Source: Torpedo marmorata | Taxonomy: Eukaryota | Reading direction: 5' to 3' | Length of the DNA: 64,000 nt | Assembly (NCBI GenBank): GCA_977017645.1 | Contig: OZ360226.1 | Location: forward strand, 55,552,001 to 55,616,000 | Shown: positions 27,465 to 39,280 of the stretch, piece by piece | How the letters are laid out: every line of letters begins with the position of its first letter | How positions within the stretch are numbered: the stretch's first letter is position 1 | The notes under the pieces: model-generated | Told to the model about the DNA's origin: nothing | Databases searched by the model: none | The model's input: the letters and a program-made list of their open reading frames with translations, nothing else | Position numbers and translations under genes: made by a program

Positions 27465-29277
27465 AGATCTCTGGACATCGGATCTACTGGCAAACCTGAC
27501 CTCCATAATAGAATTAGTTTATAGATGTATTTTTTTAGATTGACACTGTCCTTACTCTATCTTTTTCTTTCTTTCATTTTTATTTTTATTTTATATTATT
27601 TTATATTTTTTTTATTTTATTAGATTAGTGGGGTTGGGAGGGGTGGGTGGGAGGGGGGGGGTGAAAATGTATCCCAAGTATTTTGATAATTTCATATTTT
27701 ATTTTATGTATTCTGTGATTTAAAATTTTAAATAAAATATTTTTTTTAAAAACTTCACTGATCATATCTCACTAGTAAGCAACTTGTGATACTGAATCAG
27801 AGGTGGAGACGACAGTCATTCTGCTGACTTCTGTGACCTCCTCCAACTTGTCCTTCTTGCTGTTCACTGAAGCATCATTCAACCATCTGTAGGGAATGCA
27901 ATCTACCTGCTGGCTTTGATAATGACCATGTAGTGAAGCTTCAGAAAACATAAAGGTTTTGTTTGCTGTGCTCCCTATTCATTTTCTCTTCTTTACAAAA
28001 CCAGGGATTCTGAAAGTAATATTTTCAATGATGCTTTTACTTACCTAAACTGAATTTGAGTTGTATGCATGGTCCTCATGTTCATTCTGCCTCACCACTG
28101 AAAAATGCCAAAACTGTTGGTAGAGCAGTTGGGTAAAGCCAGATCCGACGAATTTTCCAGCCAAACAGAAAAACATCGGACATGTTGTGATCAGAATTGC
28201 AGCATTGTACAAATTGTTCCTAGTACACGGTGAACACTCTGTCCCATAGTGTCCACCCCAGGTGCAGTAGAGCGGAGCATGGTGATGAGATACTGCAACT
28301 CAGGATTTTCTGAAGGGAATATACTCTGCAATTTGTGTTTACTATTGCTTTCTGAGAAATGGTTCGGTAGTGGTTGATCAAGACAATTAGAAAGAAATTT
28401 CTCTTGGGAAGTCATGGAAAATAGAATGCTTTCCACTGGGGACCAGTTAAGGGAAAAACCACTGCAGCTTTTAGAGAAACAATTGATCGTGACTCAAAGA
28501 AGCAGGTTAAGCAAAGTTATGGGGTGAGTATGGTCACATGGAATTGTAATGGATTGTTTAAAGGTCCCTGTGCCTGGATGAAGCACTCAAGAGGAATGGG
28601 AGAAAAGATGTAGTGATTTTTCTTATCTCTGACAGTTGAAAGTAATGTTTGCAGCATGCAGCGAAAGGAATAGCACGTGAACATGACCAGTGTTCATAAG
28701 TTACTGTATCCCATCACTATACTCTATGCTCCAATACACTATTAAACAAAATGCTCTACTTCAAATGCCAGAATGCTGACAACAGAGACAATGGATAATT
28801 TATTTTATTTTGACAATGAAAGCAGTAAAAGTTTATTTATTTCCAGCCTGCCCTGACCCTATATAAAAAAATAGTCAGATTCTGTTTTTTGTCCTTTAAT
28901 TTTCAAATAACATTGGAATTGTTTTATGTCAGTTGTACATCTCTATCAGAGAAGAGTATAGAATCTAATATGGACAACATCAATTTACATATCTGTAAGA
29001 TAGAGGCTCTTTAAATTGAGACATTTCTTTGTCCAGATGATGTCTCTACATCGATCTTTGAGAATAGTCATACTGCACTTTTGTTCTGTTTTAAATGCAA
29101 ATTGAATGTAAATATTACAATTTACTATAAATATTTAACTGTGACAAAAAACATTTTGACAGATCTTTTAGATTACAGAAAAAGTTGATATTAAATACCA
29201 TGAAACATAAGAAAGAGAGCAGATACAAAAATGAAATCTGTTTTTTGGTGTTGTTTGCTGTCTCTTCTAGTACCAAT

Positions 29278-31531
29278 TGTAGCGACTTAGTTCAATAAAA
29301 TAGTCGCTTGGAGGCTAAGTGAGGCGTTTGTCTGCGACGCGTTTCTTGAATGAATCGGTAACGAAGCCCAAATGAATTTTCTTAAACAGTCTTTATTAAC
29401 AGACACAAAAGGGTTAACGTTTGTAGTATCATTCAATATCAATAGCAAAAAACTACTGTAGAAGAAAGTAACGTTCTAGCGAAATACCGATTAATCATAA
29501 CATGTAACGTGTAACGTTCTAAGGTCCGTGTAACGGTCAACAGAAATTATCTTTCTTTTTTAAATCTCTTTATTAATTCCATAAAATCATGGATATAACA
29601 GTTCATTCACTATATACGTTTACAGGAAAAAAAAGCAAAGAAAAGCATTATCACATGTTCCATTAATCCATCCATAACAAGAGTATACATTACAGATATA
29701 TATCAATTTTTTTTTCTTTACAATTTAGTATTATAATACCAATAGGTATAAAAAGAACCAAGCCACAAAAAAAAAGATAATATAGTAATTTCATCATAAT
29801 ACATTTTTTTATAAAAGCTAAAGCAATCTAAACTAGCCTACCACCTACCCCCACCCCAGAATTGCACTGACCTGTAGAAATAATATAACTTCAAATCATG
29901 AGGAATCATAAACTCTGATAATAGTCGATAAAGGAACCCCAAATATTAGTAAATTTTAGGTTTAATTTAATATTTGAACATCTAATTTTTTCTAATGTTA
30001 AATAGGACATTAAACTTGATAGCCAATCTTCATAGATAGGAGGATTACCATCCTTCCATTTTAGCAAGATCTGTCACCTTGCAACCAGAGAAGAAAAAGC
30101 AATCACATGTTTTTGATTATTAGTAAGATCATGATTACTAGGATCATTTATACCAAATATTGCTATAAATGGATTTGGATCTAATTGAGTAGTTAAAACC
30201 AAAGAAAGAGTACAAAAAATTGTGTTCCAAAAGTCTAACTAACTTAGGGCACAACCAAAACATGTGAAATAATGTAGCTTCATGAACATTACATCTATCA
30301 CACATAGATGATATATTTGATCAAAATTTAGCCAGTAAAGATTTTGAGTAATGAGCTCTGTGAACTACTTTGAATTGAATTAATTTATGTCTTGCACATA
30401 ATGAAGAGGTATGGATAAGGTCCAAAATATTGGACCACACTGAAGGTGAAAAAATTTCTAAAAAATCTTTCCCAAGCCTCCTTTATTTTATCCACATGCT
30501 GTATCACATTTCCTTTTAAAAGGTTATAAAATACTGACAGGAGTGATAGTAAAAACCTTTTCTATGATTACTAACTTTAAATCTAAAGGAAACTCCAATC
30601 TCAAGGAATTTATAAAATTCCTAACTTGAAAGTATCTAAAATAATTGTTTCTAGATAAGTTATACTTATTAACCATCTGTTCAAAAGTAATGAAATTTGA
30701 ATCTATAAACAAGTTTTTAAATGAACATACACCGTGATCTTGCCAAATCTGGAACCCTCTATCCCCACGAGCTGAGGTAAAAAAGGTATTGAAATTTATT
30801 GTACTATCAAGCAAGAAATTAAGGAAATTATTTGCTTTTCTAAATTGGAACCATATTTTTAACGTTTGTTTAACTATCTTGTTATTAGAAATTTTGGAAT
30901 ATTTAAAGGGTGAAGGCATTCCTAATATAGATACTAACGAATGTTTACCTATAACCTTCATTTCTGATTTCATCCATTTAAATCTTTCTTGATAATTCTT
31001 AAAATGTATCCATATATTAATGTTAGCAGCCCAATAATAATTCCTGAAATTAGATAAAGCAAAACCACCCTGTGGTTTGTCATTCTGTAGTACTTCCTTT
31101 ATTACTCTTGGTCTTTTACCATTCCAAATAAAAGACGAAATTAAAGAGTCTATTTGATCAAAAAATACTTTAGGGAGAAATACTGGAAGTGCTCAGAATA
31201 CATACAATGACAGAAATTATCGACGCCTAACTCACCCTCCGATCACCCAACTGACGATGCGGGCTAACGAACTTACTTTTGAACGCGTGCAAAACCCCGC
31301 GCATGCTCATTGTAGAACGCGCTGGCCCTGGCTTCAACCGCTCGCTACCGAGCCGAGCGTGCATGCGTTAACCCAATCCATGGCGCATGTGCACCGGTGG
31401 ACATGCCGGCCCCGGCTGAAGTCGCTGCCACCGGGGATGAGCCAACCGCGCATGCGCGGCCACGGGAAGAGGCCCACAGACCCCGGAACACCGCCGACGC
31501 CCGCGGCCGAACCACAGGTAAGGCTCTTACA
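29278..31531 (-). repeat. 3' LTR of BEL copy 1, split by an L1 insertion
   Basis: Colinear with 37054-37679 once 29552-31221 is removed. Short purine tract (minus-strand agggaccgg) abuts it. Confidence 0.92.
29552..31209 (-). mobile_element. 5'-truncated L1 of a different family inserted in the LTR
   Basis: 12-bp TSD acagaaattatc at 29540-29551 and 31210-31221. ORF 30524-30973 has YFRYFQVR. AATAAA plus an A-rich tail. Confidence 0.9.
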
Positions 31532-32165
31532 CCGGTCCCTAATTATTATAATGAGACGTAATGTCTCTAATAATAATTACATAATTATACAGTCAATCAT
31601 AAATAACAATTAACCACGTAACATTTGAACATGACGCAGGTCTTCTTTCTTCATTTGTAATAAGGCCAGAGGTTACCAGCACATAGCCTTGAAAAGATAT
31701 TTACTACCACTCTGCAGTCTGTGTAGTGGGCAAAGTACAAAACGCATAACAAATAAAGTCAGTTTGGACTTCTCAAAGTTCCTCCGTCTTCTGTAGAATC
31801 CATGAGTTAAAACATCGACCAGTAAACCTCAGATCTTCCTCAGACAGAATAGACACAGCTTTCCTTTTGAGTTTCACATGAGGTACATCTTCAGCATGTC
31901 GTTTGGCTTTCTTCCTTTCTTCAGCATTCTGCTTCTCATTGTAAGAATTTTAACTTTTAGAACCAGATTTTGAAGATTAATTTGATCCTCTCGATTTTAA
32001 TAAACGAGTCTCTTTAACTCTCCCTGCAACAGGTTTGCTCATCTTTTTCTTTCTTTTCTGCAGTTGATCATAGATAAGGTAAGATTCAAATGACATTAGT
32101 TCTTCAAACTCATCAACAGCCACAGCATTTGTAGAATCCTTCTGTAAAGAAGTAGACTGGTTCCA

Positions 32166-32689
32166 CTTATAGCTCCTACAAATCTCTTTAACTAGAACTG
32201 GAGCCTTTTCAACCTCTCTGGCTTCTATTGTCTTTTTCTGCAATTGCAGATCCAATTTTGCAACTTCCAATTCAGCCTCAGTTTCTGACTGTTTATTTTG
32301 AAGCCTTTTATTAGATTCTTTCTCTGCATTCAATTCTTTCGATAGGAAAGTAATTCTCTCGTTATCTTCTGAGAAGTTACTAACTTGATCTTGAATGAAA
32401 AGGTCATGTGATGTATTGGTACTTCTGCTTTCAGCCCTGCTGTAGTAATATCTCTTTCTTTGTGCATCGTTATTAGCTGGGCCTTCAAGATACATTCTTG
32501 ATTGTTTTCTGTAGTCAGCTGTCTTGTGTTATTAACCAATGGCTTGTTCTCTTTCAAAAGGTGAATCTTCTCATCCAACTGTATGCATCTTGATAAAACT
32601 GAATCTCTTTCCTCGATAACTGTATTAATTTCTTCAGCAGTTATTCTTTTCTTCCATTCTCTGGCTTTGCGAATTCTATCTACAATTAA
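32166..32689 (-). pseudogene. MIPOL1: Captured MIPOL1-like coiled-coil segments in BEL copy 1
   Basis: LIVDRIRKAREWKKRITAEEINTVIEERDSVLSRC..NNTRQLTTENNQECILKAQL and ITFLSKELNAEKESNKRLQNK..LQLQKKTIEAREVEKAPVLVKEI resemble two regions of vertebrate MIPOL1 as I recall it. Confidence 0.8.
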
Positions 32690-32864
32690 ATCTTTCTGGT
32701 TACTGTTTTCATGATTATCCAATATTTCCAAGTCCCCTTTCAACATTTTGTTCTCTGAAGGCAGTTGCACCAGTTTTGCAGTAATTTGTTTTAGTTCTGC
32801 CTCAGATTCAATTACACAGGAATAATCACCAACAGTATTTGCAGCATCTTCTAATACATCATTT

Positions 32865-35552
32865 TCATCTATTGTTGATAAAAAATAATTTCTTCTTTAC
32901 TGGTCTAGATGCTCTTGATTTATTTTCATCAGTAAGATTTTCTAAGAACTGTTTGTATACTTTTGAAGGTTTTTGATTGTTATCAAGGCGTTCAGGAAAG
33001 TCTGTATTAAACGGTTGTTTCAATGGTTCGTTGAGTTTCACAACAGATATCATATTGACACTTCTTGTTGACTGCTTCTGAGCAATATTATTCTTTCTTT
33101 CTAATAGTCCATTGATTGTCCATCCAAGCATAATTTTAATAGCGTAAAGTCCATCTCTCACACTCGGTATTACTTTTATTGGTTCCAGAGCCTTTGGTAC
33201 ATCAAAATCAATTAGCATCTCTATCTCAGAGCTATTTTCCGGTATATAAACCTTCCTCAGATACAACCACTGATTCACATCACTTTGATGTGGGATGTTT
33301 CCTTTATGCACAGGCATAGTCTTTTGTGTATATATGCTAGGAAGATCACAAAAATCGTCGCTGTGTATTCCAGCAACCTCTAACCCTGAAACGATGTTAG
33401 TTTCAATGACCTTTTCTTGTCCCATGGTTTTCAATAGAATCCTTGACTTTTTTCCTTCAAGATTAACCCTTTTCATAAGCCCCATAATGCAAAACGACAC
33501 AGTGCTTCCTGGGTCAAGAAATGCATGTGTACGTACCGTTGCATTTCCGTTCTTGGTCTTGACTTGTACAGGCACTATTGAGAGTTTGCAGTTATCCTTA
33601 CCAGCCCCAGTAAGACCACTTGTCTGAACCGAGGCAATAACACTGTTTTCTGCTGCTTCTTTTGTTTCTGTTTGCTCCTTTTCCAGTTCCTTGTTCCTTT
33701 GGTGAATATGCAGTATTCTAGGATGCTTCAAATTGCATATGTTACAGCTAAATCACTTCTTGCAGTTTTTACTGATGTGCCCTTTACAGCCAAAACATAC
33801 TCCATTTTCCTTTAAGAAAGCGATCTTCTCATTATGTTCCTTCTTTTCCAATTGTGAACACATTTCCAAAGCATGCTCATCTTTACAGAACAAACAGTTT
33901 TTTTCTCAGCAGGCAAACTCTACTTCTCTATCTGTAATTGATACAGCAGTAGCAAAGGTGCTTCCCTTTATTTTTTGATGAGGCTGTGACTTGGACTTCT
34001 TTACGTCTTCGATCACTGTTGGAGTGTCGATATTTCCAAATACTGGTACAGTTGCGATCCGCACGTGCCATTCAAGGAACCACAATATCCTCAAAGGTAG
34101 CATCCTTTCTATATTTTGTCTGAAGTTTACGAACTCTTGTTCTCCACAAATCCTTCAGCCTGTAAGGCAATTTGCTTGTGATGATTAACATATTGGAAGG
34201 TAAGTTAAGCTCACGCATGCGGTCGATATCTTCCATGGCATTACCACGTCCTCTTAAAAAGAGGGCGTATGCTTGTAAAGCCTTTATATCCTACGATTTT
34301 ATTGATGACCATGAAATAACCTTCTCTATATAAGCCATTGCAATTTTATGCTCATTGCCAAAATGATCTTGTAGTAATGCCTTTGCCTTAGTGAATCCCC
34401 TTTCTGGGTCCATATGCAGGCAACTCCTCACCAGTTCCTGTGGCTGTTGTCCAGTGTACTGTTCCAGGTAATAAAGGCGATCTATGGCATTTTTATTCTT
34501 ACTTTCGATATTATGTTCAAAAGATTTAATGAATGCTTGATACTGAAGTAGATCTCTGTTTAAAAACTTGAATCTCCTTCTTGGTTAAGGAATAGAGACC
34601 TTGTTGCTGCACTAATAAAGCAGTAATTTCATTTTGTTTTGCCATGATTGACAATATATTGTCTTGTTCACCATGGCTTAAAGCCGGTACTGCAGCTGAA
34701 AACATCACATGTCCTTCTTCACCCTGATTTTTATTACCTGACGGAAGTGAATAGAATTCTGGCTGGATAGATTGAAATCCGCTCATATCTCTGACCACTG
34801 GGGTCATTATTGGGGTTTGAGATTTGGCACCACCTTGCCTTAACCTGGCTTGTTCGGGTCCATACACGTCTCGTAACCGTAACACTGGCTCTTCTTTGGT
34901 ATTAAATATTTTCTTTTTCTGTTGTCCTTCCTCAAAACCTGACTCCAAAACGTGAGATGCTTTAGATAATTTACTTCAAGCACCAGATACCTCTGAGCCT
35001 TCTAGTACCCTCGACTTGGACTCCTTAACAGCTATTTTTGTTTCTCAGTTCCAGTTGCTCCTTTTGCCTCCTTAGCTGCTTCCTTAGCTGCTCCTCTTTC
35101 TTCCTTAGCTGCTCCGCTTCTCTTCGTAGCTGTTCTTCCTGCTCTTCCTCTAGTTCTTCTAAGGCATATTTATCGTTAAGCCATTCTTGTTCTGCTTCAA
35201 AAGTGGCCATTTCAGCCCGAACTTTTACACGTGTAGATTCAGTACTTGAAACACTGGAGCTTGCTCTAGAACTCCTCTTGCTTCTCCTGCTACCAATATT
35301 AGATGCACTATCACCTGGTCATATATCATCCTCTATTTCAGATGTCACATTAATATCTGACTCCTTTTCAAATTTGAGTCATACATCCTCTTCTCTTTCG
35401 TCCTCTTCACCGACATTTTGTGACACATCTTTAGCCATTTCCGTACCACTGACTCGAGAATCATCTGACGTCATCTGCAGTGCTTTCGCGGAGTCTTTAC
35501 TTTCATCAACCAAAGCTGCCTCTTCTTTTTTAATTGCCAGCTTCAGTCTATC
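32865..35552 (-). pseudogene. BEL Gag (DUF1759-like), zinc knuckles and aspartic protease, degenerate
   Basis: ORFs 35025-35210, 34526-34948, 33906-34103 and 32865-33731 (LSIVPVQV, AFLDPGS, LGWTING). Confidence 0.88.
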
Positions 35553-36610
35553 GACAATCAGTGAAGATTGGTAAGAACTTCTCCTCCACAATCTCCATCA
35601 GTACCGGAGCACCACAGGGCTGTGTTCTTAGCCCCCTGCTCTACTCACTTTACACCTACTACTGGGTGGCTCGGTACGACAATAACACCATCTTCAAATT
35701 TATCGACTATACCACGGTAGTGGGTTGTATAAAGGAAGGGGATGAGTCAGCATACAGGATGGAGATTGAAAACTTGGCTGAATGGTGCACCAACAACAAC
35801 CTTGCACTCAATGTCACCAAAACTAAGGAGCTGATTGTTGACTTCAGGAAAGGAAAACCAGAGGTAGATAATCCAGTGATCATTGGGGGATCAGAGGTGG
35901 AGAGGGTGAGCAAATTTAGGTTCTTGGGAGTTACTATCTTGAAGGATCTTTCCTGGACCCAACATACCAATGGCATCGTGAAGAAAGCACGTCAGCGCCT
36001 CTACTTCCTCAGGAGTTTGCGGTTTGGCAAATTTCTACAGAGGTGTGGTGGAAAGTATGCTGACCAGCTGCATCATGATCTGGTATGGGAACACCAATAC
36101 CCCTGAGTGTAGAGCCCTCCAAAAGGTAGTGGACACAGCCCAGGACATTACAGGCAAAACCCTCCCCACTATTGAGTACATCTACAGGAAACGCTGCCGT
36201 CAGAGGGCATCAGCAATGATCAAAGACCCACACAACCCAGCACACACTCTGTTCTCACTGCTGCCATCAGGAAAGAGGTATAGGTGCCACAAGACTCGCA
36301 CCACCAGGTTCAGGAACAGCTGCTACCCCTCTACCATTAGAATCCTCAACAACAAAGTAAATCAGAGACTCATTTAAGGACTCTTACTTGTGCATTTTAT
36401 TGATTTTATTTGTTCTCTCTGTATTACACAGTCAGTTTGTTTACATTCATTATCTGTTTACAGTTCTTTTGTTTGTTTACATGTTTACGCTGTGTACAGT
36501 TTATTTTTGCACCACCAATTAGTGGTAATTCTGCCGCGCCCGAAGGAAAAAGGAATCTCAGGGTTGTATGTGATGTCATGTGTGTACTCTGACAATAAAT
36601 CTGAAATCTG
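35553..36610 (+). mobile_element. Rex1 5'-truncated copy inserted in the BEL gag N-terminus
   Basis: ORFs 35534-36106 ([15 protein letters not shown]) and 36024-36377. Tail aataaatctgaaatctg. Confidence 0.92.
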
Positions 36611-37053
36611 AGAGCGCTTTTGTCACCTTTTGTATCTAGCCCCTGTTGGCGCAGTTCTTTCATAAGATCTGCCAGGTTTCGATACGTTGTGACTTAGCGC
36701 AGACTCCTGAAGCAGTGGCAGCTATTTCGCCCGTATCCATCTCGATGCCGAGTTCCCAGCACAGAAACACAAGCAAACTGTACTGTTATCAGCAAGCAAA
36801 ACTCCACCGCAGCATCTGTAATTTATATCACTAATTTGCAAGAAATGGCTTTACCAACGTGTCAACAAAATCATCTTCTAACAGATTAGAAGTTTCAAAC
36901 TCCTTTTCTGGCCACTACTCAGGCCGATGGATATGGATTACAAACTGCAAAGCAACTCCGTATTTCTAAGATGGCCACCGTATTGCTTTCAATACAATTC
37001 AATTTCCCCTTAAAGCAGTCCAAATTTTCCAATAAAAATTTCTGTCGACTAAT

Positions 37054-37679
37054 TGTAGCGACTTTGTTCAATAAAATAGTTGCTTGGAGGCTAAGTGAGG
37101 CATTTGTCTGATGTGTTTCTTGAATGAATCGGTAACGAAGCCCAAATGAATTTTCTTAAACAGTCTTTATTAACAGACACAAAAGGGCTAAAGTCTGTAG
37201 TATCGTTCAATATCAATAGCAAAAAACGACTGTAGAAGACAGTAACGTTCTAGCGATATACCGATTAATCATAACATGTAATGTGTAACGTTCTAAGGTC
37301 CGTGTAACGTTCTAACGTCCATGTAACGGTCAACAGAAATTATCGACGCCTAACTTACCCTCCTCAGATCGCCCAACTGATGACGCGGGCTAACAAACCT
37401 ACTTTTGAACGCACGCAAACCTCCGCGCATGCTCATTGTAGAATGTGCTGGCCCTGGCACCAACCGCTCGCTGTCGGCACCAAGCCGAGCGCGCACGCGT
37501 CAACACAGTCCATGGTGCATGCGCACCGGTGAACATGCCGGCCCCGGCTGAAGTCACTGCCACCGGGGACGAGCCAACCGCGCATGCGCGGCCATGGGAA
37601 GAGGCCCACAGACCCTGGGACACCGCCGACGCCTGCGGCCAAACCACAGGTAAGGAACGACGAGCCTTTGGCTCTTACA
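37054..37679 (-). repeat. 5' LTR of BEL copy 1
   Basis: 626 bp with TG..CA ends, a CpG-rich U3 and internal ~18-bp tandem units (gtaacgttctaaggtcc). Confidence 0.92.
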
Positions 37680-38295
37680 CCCATATTTAATACAAAACAA
37701 AGAACTTGGCAATCCACCTGACGAAGATGCTGACAACCATGCCATTATAAAGGTTTGGATTTTGATTGGGTAGGGCATTTTGCAGTGCATGCTATTGCAC
37801 CATTGGAATCTTGAATCTTTCTATGCACCTGTCATCTTAATTCATTTATGTGCTGTAGGGTGCTGGAATTACTGAAATTTAGAACCTTGGTGAATGATAA
37901 GACTGAACTGCATCTCCTTAACATGATTTGAGGATCGAGAAAAAAGGACTAGAGATTCACAATAATGTGAATCTGAGTAAAATAGGGTTGAAAGAAGAAA
38001 TAAAAGATCAGATTAGATCAAGACAACGGAAGAGAGAAAAAAAGAAAATGTTCGAACAGAAAATGGTAATTTGATGTTTCTTAAGTCTGAATAACTACAA
38101 GCAGGAATAAATTAAAGTTTCAAATTGTTCAAACTTGGGTACACAAAGGATGATTGTCATCATTTTAACAAACTTCATGTTTTTAGAAATGTACAATACT
38201 CTAAAATTGAGAACATGTGAATGTAAATATGATCAGGAGTAGCCCATACACAAAGAGAAACTATTGAACAGTCATGTGAAAATTTTAAAAAAAAA

Positions 38296-38952
38296 ATACA
38301 GATGCTGAAAATCTAAAACAAAAACAAAAAAATGCTGGAAATTCTCAGTAAGTCAGGTTGCATTTGTGGGAAGAGAAGTAGGGTGAACGTTCAGTCCATG
38401 GGAGGGACCCTGGGCATCCTGTTGCCTGCCACTTTCATTCCCCATCCCACTCTGACAGATTGGTATGTGGCCTCCTGCATTGTCAGAGTGAAGCTCGTTG
38501 CAGCACCTCACCACGATGAAGCCTTCTGGACTCGGTATCAAATTCCACAATGTAAGGTCATTTGATTTCTCCTATGTGTCTCCAGTTTACTTCTCCACTG
38601 CACCCCTGTGTGCCTCCAACTTGATTTCTCTGTCTGTATCAATGATATTAGCTCAACTTGTTTCTCTTTCTATATCTGAATAGCCTGAATAGGAGGGATC
38701 GTCCTCCTGCTCTTCCTTTTGCAACTCCCATGTTATTTTGTCCATGTTCTTTTGCCTATTTTCTTCCCCTTAAACTGCTCCCATTCACACAATGACCAGA
38801 AACTACCTTTACAGATTAACCCCCAATTCACCCCTTACAGCTACCTTCTTTTGTCTCCTTCTCAGTTCTGGTAAAGGGTCTCCGACCTGAAATATTGACT
38901 CTTTCTAATCCCACAGATGCAGCCTGACCTGCTGAGCATTTTCTGCTTGTTT
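38296..38952. mobile_element. Old Penelope-type remnant with inverted terminal segments
   Basis: 38330-38365 (atgctggaaattctcagtaagtcaggttgcatttgtggga) is the approximate reverse complement of 38909-38945. Degenerate ctggtaaagggtctccgacctgaaa motif. Confidence 0.55.
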
Positions 38953-39280
38953 TAAACTGTGGACATTCCCTGGATAGTTTATAATGCATGAGTAGCCCTC
39001 CTTAACAAGGAGGCAAGACTATCCATAGAACTCCAAGTGGTCTTGTATAATTTACAAAACTTCCCCACCTCTACTCCCCTTGTAGTAAAGACCAACATTC
39101 CATTGCCTTCCAAATTCATTGATAGAGTCCCATACTATCCTTGTGTTACATACACAGAGGCACTCGCATCTGACTGCTCCACAGCCTTCTGTAATCTCTC
39201 TTCTATTCTTCCCAACAAATTAGATAAGATTACATTATAGTCTGTCTTTGAAACTTTTGGCCATTCACATATCCCATTTA

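Larger units (their letters stand above)
19158..27750 (+). mobile_element. Full-length decayed L1 with a nested same-strand L1
   Basis: Same 5' end as the 4280 element. Perfect 15-bp TSD aacttcactgatcat at 19143-19157 and 27751-27765. Confidence 0.95.
29278..37679 (-). mobile_element. Non-autonomous BEL/Pao LTR retrotransposon copy 1 (Gag-protease-MIPOL1-like, no RT/RH/IN)
   Basis: Direct LTRs with TG..CA ends. 5-bp TSD ccaat (29273-29277) / cccat (37680-37684). Gag, zinc knuckles and the protease motif AFLDPGSTVSFC. Confidence 0.9.

Noticed and set aside
28030-28440. Possible host exon (minus-strand AG|GTAAGT at ~28039-28046, ORF 28191-28436)
   Set aside because: No recognisable protein in the frames I translated, stops are present, and I found no partner exons.
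37240-37330. CRISPR-like repeats (gtaacgttcta units)
   Set aside because: These are short LTR-internal tandem units without unique spacers, in a vertebrate context.
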